Below, one piece after another: positions 9,717-21,462 of a DNA stretch of 64,000 nucleotides. Under the pieces are notes generated by a model. It did not search any database. It was not told where the DNA came from and saw only the letters and a program-made list of their open reading frames with translations. The stretch covers positions 3,616,001 through 3,680,000 of the forward strand of contig CBDFJF010000002.1 in assembly GCA_965248265.1 (NCBI GenBank), given 5' to 3'. The stretch is from Candidatus Latescibacterota bacterium. Lineage in GTDB: Bacteria > Latescibacterota > UBA2968 > UBA8231. The translations under genes were made by a program, and so were the position numbers. Each line of letters begins with the position of its first letter. Position 1 is the first letter of the stretch.

Positions 9717-11618
9717 TCATGGTGCATTCAACCGCTCGAGCTGTTCCTCGACCCGCGACAAGGCCGTACGCGCGGGTTGGTACCTCGGCGCTGACCGGAC
9801 GGCTCGCTGGAGATAGCTGTGTGCCTTCGTCAGATGCTGCCTGGCATCATCCTCGCCTTTCTCAGAAGCAGCCATCTGTGCATGCAGGACGGCCAGGTTC
9901 TTGAGAGTCTTGGCGTCGTCGCCCTTGAGAGCAACTGCCTGCTCGTAGGCTTGGCGTGCTCTCTCCATATCACCAAGGTCCTGAAAGGCGACGCCGAGAT
10001 TTCCGTACGCCTGATAGTGATAGGGCCTCAGTGATACTGCTCGTTCCAGAGAGCTGATACTACGGCGCAAGAGCAGCATCCGCTCTCCCCCTCTCCGAGC
10101 TCGGCTCTGCTCAAGATAGATGACACCCAAATTGACACGCGCGTCGACGTAGTCAGGATTGAGATCCGTGGCCTGGCGGAACATGGCCTCTGCATCCGCA
10201 AGTTTTCCGCGCGTCAACAGAATGCTGCCGAGGTTGTTGAGGGCTCTCAACGACAAAGCACGATCACTTTGAATCTCGATGACCCGCTCGTACGCCCCGG
10301 CAGCTTCACGCCAATGCTGCCTCGCGGTCAGCTCATCGGTTGCTTGCAGGGCGGCATCCTTATGCGCGTTACCCAGGTACAGGTGTCCGCGTGGCATCAA
10401 CGGCGCCTTGTCCACGACATCCCCCCACAGACTGAAATCATCTGCCCACGCACGATTGCGCTGGACGCAGATCGCTGACAGAAAGAGTATTCCTAGAATG
10501 GGAACCAGTCTCCGGTGCCGCATACAATACCTGGACAGTAAGGTCCCCAGTAGTAGACAGAACAGAGCCGTCGGCAGGTACAGCCGTCGCTCGTTCACCA
10601 AAACGTTCAGGGGCATCGCCATCACCGGCAGCATGATCAGAGCGGACCAACCGAGGCCCACCAGAGCGATCTTGAAGGTGCCCCGGTGGCGGATGAGCCA
10701 CAGCAACCACAAGCCACTCAGGATCAATACCAGGGATACTATGATGAGTGGACTCAGCTGCTTCTGAACGAAGAACTGGTGCTCGACATTGAGGCGAACG
10801 GGGAAGACCGTCAGGTAGAGGTAGTAGCCGATCGCCTTCGTCTGGGTCAGTAGCTGTGCTGAAAAGTCACGCACGGGTGCTCCCAGAGAACGGGTCAGAT
10901 AGTCGTTGTGGGTTACCACTGCGAAGTGAATGATCATCAGTATCCAGAAGGGCACCTGGCGTCGAAAGAGTTGCGAGGCGGCTCGAAGTCCATGCCCGGG
11001 GACACGCTGCGTTAAACAAATCCAATCGTGTAACAGCAAAACCAGCGGTGCGGTCACCAGCGTCATCTTGGTCAGCAGACCGAGCTCGAACGTGATCCAG
11101 GCACCGTAAGGATGCCGCTCGACGTCACGCCTGCTGGCACGGATGTACAGGGCGAGCGTCAACAAATAGAGCGCGGCTGCCAGACTCTCGCTCCGACTGC
11201 TTATGTAGTTTACCGGCTCGGTCGCCAGCGGGTGCGTGACGAAGAGCAGGCCAGCGATAAGAGCGGCGTCCCGACGCCGGGGGTACAGCAGCATCGTCAA
11301 CCAGGCCACAACGCAAGCATTCACGGCGTGGATGAGGATGTTGATCAGCCGATACCCCAGGACATCGTAATCCCCCAACGAATGATTCAGCGCATAGGAG
11401 ACCAGCAGCAGCGGCCGGAACATGCCTCTGTCGACGTCGGCTGAAAAGGTCCCGAGGTCGGTGAAGAACAAGGGCACATTTGCCAGGCTTCGAACGCTGG
11501 GGTTTTCCACGATGGAATGGATGTCGTCATAGTGAAATCCATTGCCGAGCGCATTCCAATAGATGGCCAGGCAGACCGTCACGACCGCGACATACAGGAG
11601 CAGATAGTCTCTCTTCAT
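9717..11618 (-). CDS. TMTC-like GT-C/TPR protein, copy 8
   Basis: FHYDDIHSIVEN, MFRPLL, HPLATEPVNYISSRSE, NVEHQF, PLNVLVNERRLY, C-terminal TPRs; ATG at 11618 overlaps the upstream stop (ATGA). Confidence 0.88.
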   Translation of the reverse strand: MKRDYLLLYVAVVTVCLAIYWNALGNGFHYDDIHSIVENPSVRSLANVPLFFTDLGTFSADVDRGMFRPLLLVSYALNHSLGDYDVLGYRLINILIHAVNACVVAWLTMLLYPRRRDAALIAGLLFVTHPLATEPVNYISSRSESLAAALYLLTLALYIRASRRDVERHPYGAWITFELGLLTKMTLVTAPLVLLLHDWICLTQRVPGHGLRAASQLFRRQVPFWILMIIHFAVVTHNDYLTRSLGAPVRDFSAQLLTQTKAIGYYLYLTVFPVRLNVEHQFFVQKQLSPLIIVSLVLILSGLWLLWLIRHRGTFKIALVGLGWSALIMLPVMAMPLNVLVNERRLYLPTALFCLLLGTLLSRYCMRHRRLVPILGILFLSAICVQRNRAWADDFSLWGDVVDKAPLMPRGHLYLGNAHKDAALQATDELTARQHWREAAGAYERVIEIQSDRALSLRALNNLGSILLTRGKLADAEAMFRQATDLNPDYVDARVNLGVIYLEQSRARRGGERMLLLRRSISSLERAVSLRPYHYQAYGNLGVAFQDLGDMERARQAYEQAVALKGDDAKTLKNLAVLHAQMAASEKGEDDARQHLTKAHSYLQRAVRSAPRYQPARTALSRVEEQLERLNAP

Positions 11619-13665
11619 GAGCCTGATCTGGCCTGCAGCCGGCGGTAGCGGGAGATGGCGGCGGTACGGATATCCTCGTCGCTGCAATTGGTAATCAACC
11701 GCCGGTAAACCTGGGCAGCGGCCTCGAGATCCTTCGCCGTTTCCAACGCGTTGGCCAGTTGGAGGGCCCCGCTCCAATGGTTGGGATGGACTCGGACCAA
11801 TTCCTTGTTGACGGCCAAACTCTGCGCGTAGGCACCGGTCTCCCACAAGGTCGTGGTCAGACCCCAGAGAGCCTCAGGGCTGCGAGGGTCCACCATCAAT
11901 AACTGACGGCAAAGCTCGATGACCAACCCGTGCCGACCGTTTGCCTTCATCGAGCGGGTCATTGATGGCAGCTTGCCGTGGAGGCGAGTCAGATTGGCGC
12001 GTGCATCGGCGTTGGTGGGCTTTTGATCCAGGGCAGCCCGGTAGTAGAACGCAGCGCTGTCCGGCCTGCCGGATTCCTCGAATAAGGTCCCGAGGTTGTT
12101 GAGCGCCAGATCGAAATGTAGCTCGTCGAATCCACCAGTAGATAGTGGGTACGCGCTGAGTGCAGGTCACCGGCGTCCTGAAAGGTCCGCGCGGCATTGT
12201 AGCGCACGTCCGACCAGGCCGGGTTGGTCTCAAGCACATTCTGGTATATGGCCAGGGCCGTCTTCCACTGGCCCAGGTCACGGTGTGCACTCGCCAGGTT
12301 GTTGCTGGCTACGACATTGTCCGGATCCAATGCCAGCGCATCTTCGAAATGCACGATCGCCTGCCGGGGCCTGTCCTGTGCCCTGGCATAGTTCCCCAGG
12401 TAGACGTGAGGCTCTATCGCGGACGGGGATTGTCTCTTCGCGTTCGACCAGAGACTTCCCTCGTCGCTCCATACCGTGTTCTGCCGCACAACCAGCACCA
12501 TGAACAGCAGCCCGAGTACCGGTCCCGCCCAGAGTATCCCTCTGAGCGATTCAAACCGGCTCATTCCGAGTACCGCCAGCAACGCTCCAACCAGCGCGAG
12601 ATAGAGACGATGTTCGTTGACGAGCACGTTGAGCGGGACCACGAAGGTCGGCATCAGAACCACCCCGATCCAGGCCAGCCCGAAGCCGAGGAGCGCATGT
12701 TCGCTGCGGGTGTCGGCGCTGGTCCGCCTTCCTGCATACCACGCTATCACCACGAGCGTTCCGACACCGGCCAGAGCCAGCAGTACCGTTATATCCGCCA
12801 GGGATGACACGGTGAACGCGTGGTGAACGGACAGACGCGCCGGCATCACGACAAGCTTCAGATAGTACGGGAGGGCCTTGAGTTGGGTGCCGAGTTGTTC
12901 ACTCATCGAGCGCACCGGTTCCTCGACCAGGGCCGTGTTGACGAGTGACCGGATGTAGAGGAGGTAGGCGGTGGCCACGACGGCGTACGGCACGTACACC
13001 GACATTTGAGCGCGCAGCCGGCGACCGTCCAGGCGGTCAGTCAGCACGATCAGCAAAGGCAACACGATGCTGATTTCCTTTGAGCCCAGCGCCGCCGCGA
13101 AACAACCTACCGAGGCGATACGCGTCAGCAGCAGACGCCCGTCCGGTACCGATCTGTCCGGCTTTGAGCGCAGGTACAACCACAAGCTGACCATCATCAA
13201 GAAGCCAGCCATCAACTCGGAGCGGCTACTGATATAATTGACCGGCTCAGTGGCCAGTGGATGAACGGCGAACAGCATCCCTCCAAGCAGGGCCAGGCAA
13301 ACACTCACGCGCAGTTCGATGAACAGGAGCCAGACGGTAATACTCGCCAGTGCGTGCAGCAGAATGTTGATCAGATGATAGGACCAGGTCTCATACCCAC
13401 TCCAGGAGTGGTTCAGAGCGAAGGTGGCCAGTAGCAGAGGCCGGTACATCGCCTTCTCCTCATCCCTGGAGAAGTATTCGGGATGGGAGAAGAATTCGGG
13501 AATGCTCTCCAGGCTGCGAATGTGATCGTTCGTGACGATGGAGTGGCGATCGTCATACTGAAAGGCGTTGCCGATAGCGTTCGCATACATCACGGCGCAC
13601 ATCACCAACAAGAGCGCTATGGAAGCCAAGCGACTGCTGACGATGGTGGTGATCAGGGCTCTCAT
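11615..13665 (-). CDS. TMTC-like GT-C/TPR protein, copy 7 (frameshift near 12121, probably a sequencing error)
   Basis: FQYDDRHSIVTN, MYRPLL, HPLATEPVNYISSRSE; the TPR continues in another frame (HFDLALNNLGTLFEESGRPDSAAFYY..) into ORF 11615-11962. Confidence 0.82.
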
Positions 13666-15575
13666 CGCAATCGCCTCGAGAGAAATTGCAGACGCGCTGT
13701 CGCCTTCGCGTCATCCGGTGCGAGTCGGAGCGCGCGCTCGAAGGCGGCGCGTGCCTCCTGCCAGGCTTGAACACATCCGCTCGTATCTCCATTCGCCAGC
13801 CTGGCGCCGCCGACGGCGATCAGTACCTCCCCCAGGTTGCGTGGGTACAGGGCATCGTTCGGCGACAACTCGAGGGCGGCGCGATAGGATTCGGCGGCCT
13901 TCGAGAACTGCTTGGCGCCCGTATAGGCGTTGCCCAATTCGTTGAACACGTCATCCCCGGGTTGCAGCTCGGCCGCGCGTTCAAAGGCCTGCGCGGCGGC
14001 GGAGAAATCGGCTTTGTCGTACAGCAGCAAGCCCATATTGTAGTAGCCATCGGCGAAGTGCGGATGCAGGCGAAGCAATTGCTGGTAGGCTGTGATTGCC
14101 GATTCCCTGCGCCCGAGCTGTGAAAGCACCGTCGCCCTGCCGCTGAGTGCTTCCCTGTAGCTTGAATCAGAACCTAGGACGGTGTCGAACTCAACCATCG
14201 CCCTCTTCAGCACCGAGGAGTGAGTGGGGTCCTGCTGGTGTAAACTCAGGGCGTGCTCGAGGTACAGATTGGCCAGATTGGTGCGGGCAGCACGATGCGT
14301 CGACTCCAGCTTCAGCGCCCGATGAAAGGAGCGCTCGGCCCCGGCACGGTTTCCGGAAACCGCCTGGGCATTGCCCAGATGCACGTGGGGCCGCGCCATC
14401 AACGGGCTCTTGGCGACGGAGTCCTCCCACAGGGTCAATTCGCTTTCCCATACTGTATTGCGTGTTATGGTATGAGCCCCGAGGAGGACCACAAGGACGG
14501 GCCACAGGGCACTGTACCGCCCCTTGCCGATCCAGTGAGGCCACATCTTACCCACCAGCACTGCCAGTCCCGCAAGAGGCAGGTACAGCCGGTGCTCGTT
14601 TATTAGGACGTTCAGTGGCACAACCGTAGCCGGCAGCAATGCGATTAGCGCCCAGAAGAGCCAGAGGCGGGAATCCCCCTTCACGCGCAACCAGGCCAGC
14701 ACGACCACTGTACCTAACATCAGGGCACTGACGATGACGGTGCCGTCCAGTATGGACACCGACTCGGAAAACTGATGCTCAACATTGAGACCGACCGGCA
14801 CCAGCAACAGTTTGGTGTACAGGGTCAGCGCCTTGAGCTGAGTCCAACACTGCTCAGGCAACCCGCGTGGGGATTGGCTCACTGAAGTCGGCAGGAAACG
14901 GTTCCAGATCTGCAATGCAACGTACCCGGCTGACAGCAACCACAGCCAGATCGTGTTTGTCCTGCCTACGGGGTGCGGACCCTCGCGCCATACCCCCTGC
15001 ACCCATACCATGAATGGCAAGGTGATTACCATCTCTTTCGAAAGCAGTCCCAGTACGAAACAGATGGCAGCAGCGATCGAGGCCCGCGAACCGGCCGTGG
15101 CGAGCAAGCGGAAACTGGCCAGGTAGAAGCAGGCACCCAGCAACTCGGATCTGCTGCTGATATAGTTGACAGGCTCCGTCGCCACTGGATGCAGGGCGAA
15201 AAGGCAGGCCGCCCATTGCGCCCCCCTTGTAGTGCAACCGTTCTGGCGGGAGATACTCCACACCAGCAGTGAACACACAAAATGGATGATGGTATTGAGG
15301 ATGTGGTACCCGCTCACTCCATACTCGCCCAGGGCGTAGTTGACGGCGTAGCTCAACAACAGGACCGGTCGGTACATGGCCTTGTCGACGTCGCTGGAGA
15401 ACAGGGCCGGATCCGCGAAGAAGCTGGGAATGTTCGTCAGGCTGCGGATATGAGGGTTGGCGACGAGCGAATGAAAATCATCGTAATGGAAATTGCCGTT
15501 GAGGCTGTTCCCGTATGTGATCGCCACCACGACCCCGAGGAAGAGCGGGAAACGCCAACCGTGCAGCGCGCTCAC
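13662..15575 (-). CDS. TMTC-like GT-C/TPR protein, copy 6
   Basis: FHYDDFHSLVAN, MYRPVL, HPVATEPVNYISSRSE, NVEHQF, PLNVLINEHRLY, TPRs. Confidence 0.88.
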   Translation of the reverse strand: MSALHGWRFPLFLGVVVAITYGNSLNGNFHYDDFHSLVANPHIRSLTNIPSFFADPALFSSDVDKAMYRPVLLLSYAVNYALGEYGVSGYHILNTIIHFVCSLLVWSISRQNGCTTRGAQWAACLFALHPVATEPVNYISSRSELLGACFYLASFRLLATAGSRASIAAAICFVLGLLSKEMVITLPFMVWVQGVWREGPHPVGRTNTIWLWLLSAGYVALQIWNRFLPTSVSQSPRGLPEQCWTQLKALTLYTKLLLVPVGLNVEHQFSESVSILDGTVIVSALMLGTVVVLAWLRVKGDSRLWLFWALIALLPATVVPLNVLINEHRLYLPLAGLAVLVGKMWPHWIGKGRYSALWPVLVVLLGAHTITRNTVWESELTLWEDSVAKSPLMARPHVHLGNAQAVSGNRAGAERSFHRALKLESTHRAARTNLANLYLEHALSLHQQDPTHSSVLKRAMVEFDTVLGSDSSYREALSGRATVLSQLGRRESAITAYQQLLRLHPHFADGYYNMGLLLYDKADFSAAAQAFERAAELQPGDDVFNELGNAYTGAKQFSKAAESYRAALELSPNDALYPRNLGEVLIAVGGARLANGDTSGCVQAWQEARAAFERALRLAPDDAKATARLQFLSRRLR

Positions 15576-17760
15576 GGAGCCAACTCCCGCAGACGTGCAC
15601 GGGCATGATGATGATTGGCATCCCGACGCGGCCAGACTTCCAGAAAGTGGCGGTAAGCCATCGCGGCGGCCTGGCGTTGACCGACGGCATCCAGGCTCCT
15701 GGCAAGACCGGACAACGCACGGGCGTAGGTGGCATCGATGGCCAGTGCGCTTTTATAAGTGGAGATGGCTCTGCGGTGGCGACCGTTTGTTCGGAGCAGG
15801 TCAGCAAGCTCGGCGTAGTTCCTCTTCACTCCAGGTTCGAGTGCAATCGCGCGTTCGAATGACTCTTCCGCCGACGTTTCATCCCCCAACATCTTCCAAG
15901 CACGTCCAAGCGCCAGGTGAAACCGGCCGTTTTCCGGATCGTGCTCCAGAGCATGGTGCAGCGCTGTGCGAGCTTCAGCAGCACGTTCCAGATCCATGTA
16001 GGTGTCGGCCATGTTGGCGTAACATCGCCGACTCCGTTCTCCGGGCCGAGATCGATGGCCTTGCCATACATCTCCAGCGCAGCCTCATCATCCCCTCGAC
16101 TCGAATGGATGTTACCCAGGTTGTTGTAGGGTTCCGCCTGGCGCGGCAACAAGGCGATGGCTCTGCGAGCAGCCCTCTCTGCTCCATCCAGGTCTGCCAG
16201 CTGGAAAAGCAATTCTCCGTAATTTGCCCATATCGAGCCCCGTTGATCGTCGACCATCAAGGCCTTCTCATACCAGACTCTCGCCTGCGCCGGATCTCCC
16301 AGATCGCTGAACGCATCAGCCATGTTCTGGTAAATCTCCTCGTAGTCCGGGTAGCGTTCGAGGGCGCGGTGATACCAGTCGATGGCTTCCCGGGGCCTGC
16401 CTTGCCGATGGTGCAGGATGCCGATGTTGTTGTAGGCATCACCATGTCGCGGATCGATATCGATGGCGCGCTGGTAGGCGGCAAGGGCGTCCGATTCGCC
16501 GCCGCTCAGCTGTAGGGCCTTGCCGAGATTGGTCTGTACTCGGTACATGCGCGGCGCCTTCTGTGCCGCATCCCGCCACAAGGTCAACTCAGAAGCCCAC
16601 ACCTGATTGCGTTGCATGGAAGTGAGACACAACAGCGATAACCAGACGTACGAAAGCCGGCGCATCCTCCGACCCAGATAGAAGGCTGCAAACCAGGCGA
16701 ATGCGACCAGCGCCAGGTACAGACGACGCTCGTTCACGAGTACGTTCAGCGGCATCACCGAAACGGGTAGAATCACGACGGTAGTCCACACAGCCATAAA
16801 GGTCGCTGCGCGTCGCCGGCGTCCGATCCAGCAAACCAGACCGATGGACAGAATGAGCAGTCCTGCCATCCACACAGCGAAGGTAATCGACGTCGATTCC
16901 GCAAACTGATGCTCGACGTTCAGACCCACGGGCATGAACGCGAGCTTGAAGTAGTAGGCGGGAGCCTTGAGCTGCGTCAACAACTGGGTTCCCAATTCGC
17001 GGACGGGATTGGCGAGCGATCGCTCGAGAAACTCCGTGGACCGAAGCAGCATGAGGTAACCGCCCGCGACGAGCCAGTACCCAGCGTGATACCGGAACCA
17101 GGCGGAGCGCTGCTGCCGTTCTCCCTTAGCCGTCTTCATCAACCAGTCGGTAAGCAGTAGAACGGCAGGAAGCGTGACCACCGTCGATTTAGTCAACAGT
17201 CCCAATGCAAAGCAAACCAACGAGGCCAGTTCAAGTGCAGCCCGCAGCCGCGGATCTTCAGTCGCACCGCGCCGCCACAGCAGATGGAGGACCAGCGTTG
17301 CCAGGTAAAAGAACGTGGACATCAAATCCGAGCGGCCACTGATATAGTTTACCGGCTCGGCCGCCAACGGGTGCACGGCGAAGAGCAGGCCGGCGAATGT
17401 CGCCGCTCTCACCCGCTCCGGAACCTCAGTGAACAACAGGCCAAAAGCGACCCAGCACAGCAGCGCACAGCTGGCGTGCAAGAGGATGTTGAGGAGATGA
17501 TATCCGAACACCTGATACTCGCCCAGCGCGTAGTTGATGGCATAACTGACGAGCAAGAGCGGTCGGTACATGCTCTTGTCCGTATCACCGGAGAACATGG
17601 ATGGATCGATGAAGAAGGCCGGCAGGTTGGAAAGCGTCCGGACCGCGGGGTTGTCGACGATTGAATGATAGTCGTCGTAGTGGAAGCTACCCTGAAAAGC
17701 GTTGAAATAACACAGAATAACCACGACGAGAATGAGAAGCGGAATGGCGCGACTACTCAT
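15572..17760 (-). CDS. TMTC-like GT-C/TPR protein, copy 5 (frameshift near 16021, probably a sequencing error)
   Basis: FHYDDYHSIVDN, MYRPLL, HPLAAEPVNYISGRSD, PLNVLVNERRLY; one extra T (GTTAC to GTTTAC) gives DVYANMADTY and joins TPR ORF 15572-16012. Confidence 0.82.
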
Positions 17761-19723
17761 CCTGCTCCCCTGCTTTGAGGGATCTCAGACGCTCGGCGGC
17801 GGCAGCGGCAAACTTTCGATCGAGTTGGGCAGCGAGCGTGTAGGCCTGGATGGCTCCCCGGTTATCGGCTGCCTCCTCTCGCGCCAGGGCCAGATAGAAC
17901 CAGGCAACGGCATAGTCGGGTGCTGCTTCCACGGCACGCGTGTAGGCAGATTTCGCGGCCACTGGATTGCGCAGATACCTGTAATCATTCCCGAGATTGA
18001 ACAGGGTCTCTGGGTCAAGCGGAGCAATCGACACGGCCCGCTTGCGGACGGCGAGGGCGTCATCATATCGCCCGACCACCTGGTACGTATTGCCGAGGTT
18101 GTTGAGCAGGGCTGAATCCTGCGGCTCCAGCATCACCGCACGTTCATAGGCCTTGAGACTGCGCTGCCACCAATTCGGACTGCCGGCGAGCGATGGTTGC
18201 TTTTCTGAGATGGCTCGCGCCCGATAGTTAGACCCCAGGTGGCCCCAGAGTTCGCCGCGATCCGGTTCCAGATCGCAGGCCTTCAAAAAGGCTTTCTCAG
18301 CCTGTTCAAGATCGATTCCCTCACCGTAGAGCTGACCCAGTCTGACGTACCCGGTCGTGAACGTCGAATCATTGGACAGCCCACTCCTGTAAGCCGCGAT
18401 CGCCAACTCCGGCTGTCCTGCCGCCGCGTAATCCTCTGCCAGGAAAAAGTGTGGACGTGCCATCAGCGGAGCGTTAGCAGCCGCATCCCTCCACAAGGTT
18501 CGAGCACTCCCCCAGACTTCATTTCGCGCTGTGGTCATGCAGCCGTAGCTGAGCAGCAGGCATGCGATCAGGGCAAACCCCGTCTTTCGACGGTTGCTGC
18601 CGTGGCCGCCCAGACCTTGACGCAATCTCTCCAGACCCCAACCCAGACCCACGGCAAAGGCGGCGAGGGGGATGTACAGGCGATGCTCGTTGACTATGAC
18701 GTGCAGGGGCACGAGCGAAGCGGGAGCCAGGGCGATAAGGAACCACAGCACCAGAAAAAAATGCACCCGTCCGCTGCCGCGTGCCCGCCAACCGAGAACC
18801 AGGGCTGACACCAGCAGCAGGGTTGAAACGGCGGCAAAGGGATCGATCAGTGAATCAGAAATCAGGAACTGGTGATCTACGCTGAGTCCAGTCGGAACCA
18901 GCAACAACTGCACATAGAGGATGACTGCTTTCACTTGACTCCACAGTTGCTCACCGTATCCCCGCACCGGTGCGCCAACGGTGGCTTTGTGAAATTGTCC
19001 GAGTATCACCCACAGATAAAACCCGCTCATCAGCGCCATGCCCCCGTACAACTTGAGATCTCGCCGGATCATGCGGTGGTGGTGGAGGCTGTCGTAGGCC
19101 AGCAACGTGGCTGGCAGAGCGACGGCCGTCGCCTTCGAGAGCAGGGCGGCGGCGTACGCACCCAGGATTAGGTAGAGTGTCCTGGTATTCGAGGCAGAAC
19201 TCCCCTGCAGCTCCTGACCCGACACAGACTGCCTTCTCTCTAGAAAAGCCCCAATGCCAGCCAGGAGGAAAAACGCGACCAGCAATTCGGAACGGCTGCT
19301 GATATAATTGACAGGCTCTGAGGCGATGGGATGCAGACCGAAGACGAGCGCCGCGAGCACGGCTGAACGATGAGAGCCAAGCAAGCGCAGTGCGATGCGG
19401 TGGACGAGCAGCACACAGCCGATATGCAGCAGTATGGCAACGACGTGATAGCCGACGACTTCGTACTCACCCAACGCGTGGTTGAGGGCAAACGTCGTCA
19501 GCAGCAAAGGCCGGTACATGGCGAACCTGGGCTCCGACGCAAACAACGTCGGATCGACGAAAAACCGCGGAAGATTGCTCAGGTCACGGATGTGCTCATT
19601 ATCGACGATGGAATGGGCGTCATCATAGTGGAATGGGTTGTGCAGGCTGTTCGCGTACACGAGTACTGGCGGAACAGCCAGCAGCAACCACAGACGCCAT
19701 CCAGAGAGCAACCTCGTGTTCAC
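17753..19723 (-). CDS. TMTC-like GT-C/TPR protein, copy 4
   Basis: FHYDDAHSIVDN, MYRPLL, HPIASEPVNYISSRSE, SVDHQF, PLHVIVNEHRLY, TPRs. Confidence 0.88.
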   Translation of the reverse strand: MNTRLLSGWRLWLLLAVPPVLVYANSLHNPFHYDDAHSIVDNEHIRDLSNLPRFFVDPTLFASEPRFAMYRPLLLTTFALNHALGEYEVVGYHVVAILLHIGCVLLVHRIALRLLGSHRSAVLAALVFGLHPIASEPVNYISSRSELLVAFFLLAGIGAFLERRQSVSGQELQGSSASNTRTLYLILGAYAAALLSKATAVALPATLLAYDSLHHHRMIRRDLKLYGGMALMSGFYLWVILGQFHKATVGAPVRGYGEQLWSQVKAVILYVQLLLVPTGLSVDHQFLISDSLIDPFAAVSTLLLVSALVLGWRARGSGRVHFFLVLWFLIALAPASLVPLHVIVNEHRLYIPLAAFAVGLGWGLERLRQGLGGHGSNRRKTGFALIACLLLSYGCMTTARNEVWGSARTLWRDAAANAPLMARPHFFLAEDYAAAGQPELAIAAYRSGLSNDSTFTTGYVRLGQLYGEGIDLEQAEKAFLKACDLEPDRGELWGHLGSNYRARAISEKQPSLAGSPNWWQRSLKAYERAVMLEPQDSALLNNLGNTYQVVGRYDDALAVRKRAVSIAPLDPETLFNLGNDYRYLRNPVAAKSAYTRAVEAAPDYAVAWFYLALAREEAADNRGAIQAYTLAAQLDRKFAAAAAERLRSLKAGEQDE

Positions 19724-21462
19724 GATACCTCCAACACGGTTATCCTCTTGGGATTGGCCTCCGTCCCCCCCACAAATTCAGCCACGATCCGATAGCGCTC
19801 ATCCTGCCCGAGAAACTGCTGGATATAGAGCTTGCTGCGTTCGTGGTAATAATAGGCAGCGGTGCCGGGCGGAGGTGACTGACCGCTGAAAAACCGTGCG
19901 TACCCGGCGCTGGGCAGAATCACGTGCGAGACCTTCCATTCCCTCAACTCCTCGTAATCCATCCAGCGGCGGCGGAAGGTCTCCAGCGTCTTGGGGTCCC
20001 CGAGGTCGACGCCTCGATACGCGGGCGGAACCTGAGCCTGCTCACTGAAGTACTCCAGTGTTAGCTGGGTGTAGATGGGAAGCCGGCGACGGAGTGACTT
20101 GAGCTGCGCGAGGACATCCGGATGGGAGCGATTGGCCTCGATCTGTTGGCTCAGAAAGTTGCGGTGAATGTCCCCCTTCAGCGGTGGTGTATAGTCGATG
20201 CGGTAAACGCCGATGACGGAGCCGTCAGGAATGTTGGCCTCGATCCACTGACGGGCTTGCGAACGGACATCGGAATCTCCCAATCGTGTTCCTTCACCGG
20301 CTCCGGTCCACAATTGAGGTATGGAAATGCAGAGGAACAGGCCGACCCGGACTCGATTCGAGGTGGATGCCGTGATCTCGATCAGCATGCGCACGGCCAG
20401 GACGGCCGCCAGGGGAAACAGGAAGATCGCGTAGTGGATGCTTCCTTTGGGCAGCGAGCCTATGTACATGAAGGCGGGAATGACGACGGCCAGCAACAAC
20501 AGGTCGAGATCGCTCCTGCGATACATGGCAAACAGCACGCCAGCTACCAGCAGCACCCCCCAGATCATCTCGCGCTGTACAAGACCCCACAACGCTACCA
20601 GACGTGGCCACTCAATCGCGTGCATGCTGAACTGAAGATTGGACGTAACATTGAGGACCGCTTGCGAGTACTCGGTGAAGGACATCACCCAGTACGGCGA
20701 TCCGAGTAAGAATCCGGTTAATCCAGCCAGACCGAACACAGCAACGGAGCGCAGGCAGAAGGCGACGGCATCCGCCTCCTCCCGGCGGCGAGCGCGTAGG
20801 ATTGCGGCGGCCAGCATCCCAAACAGGACAAAGCCGGCGTTGTATTTCGTCGACACCGCCAAGCCGAGCAAGAGCCCTGCCAGCACACAGATCGAGCCTC
20901 TTCCCGACCTGAAAAAGACGATCACTGTTGCACAAGATGCCGTAGCCAGCAGTGCCATGGTCATGTCGGGAAGAGCGAAGCGCGAGTGGTTGGCAAGCGT
21001 CAACGACACGGCGGCAAACAGTGCTGCTCCAAGCCCAACTGGGCGTCCATAGGCATGATTGCCGAGAGCGTAGGTCACTGCGATCAATCCCGTGCCGGCA
21101 AGCACATTGACGATGCGCCCGACGAGGGCGAGCTGCGTCGGGACGAACAAATGGGTAAATGTTACCGAAGCGGCCAGGCTACCCACGTCTGGCATCAACT
21201 CAATGAGGTACGCGACGACCAGGGCGGCGCTGTACAGGTAGCTGTACAGCGCAGGGTAGTTGAAATGCTGCGGCTGCAGTGTCACCATATGGATGAACCT
21301 GACAGCATCCCTGGTGACGACACGCTCGTCCCCGGTCACAAAATCCGGGAATCCGTGAGACACCCCAAGGAGCCTGAGCACGAGGCCTGCCGTCAGGACG
21401 AGGCCGATCGCGACCGTAGGATCAATGGTAAATCTGGTGGGTTGTATTTCGCTCGTGCTCAC
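19720..21462 (-). CDS. ArnT/PMT_2-like (GT39/GT83-type) GT-C glycosyltransferase
   Basis: Acidic first loop HGFPDFVTGDE, FNYPALY, SRFALPD, GLAVSTKYN, many TM segments, C-terminal soluble domain (ARQWIEANIPDGS). Confidence 0.8.
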   Translation of the reverse strand: MSTSEIQPTRFTIDPTVAIGLVLTAGLVLRLLGVSHGFPDFVTGDERVVTRDAVRFIHMVTLQPQHFNYPALYSYLYSAALVVAYLIELMPDVGSLAASVTFTHLFVPTQLALVGRIVNVLAGTGLIAVTYALGNHAYGRPVGLGAALFAAVSLTLANHSRFALPDMTMALLATASCATVIVFFRSGRGSICVLAGLLLGLAVSTKYNAGFVLFGMLAAAILRARRREEADAVAFCLRSVAVFGLAGLTGFLLGSPYWVMSFTEYSQAVLNVTSNLQFSMHAIEWPRLVALWGLVQREMIWGVLLVAGVLFAMYRRSDLDLLLLAVVIPAFMYIGSLPKGSIHYAIFLFPLAAVLAVRMLIEITASTSNRVRVGLFLCISIPQLWTGAGEGTRLGDSDVRSQARQWIEANIPDGSVIGVYRIDYTPPLKGDIHRNFLSQQIEANRSHPDVLAQLKSLRRRLPIYTQLTLEYFSEQAQVPPAYRGVDLGDPKTLETFRRRWMDYEELREWKVSHVILPSAGYARFFSGQSPPPGTAAYYYHERSKLYIQQFLGQDERYRIVAEFVGGTEANPKRITVLEVS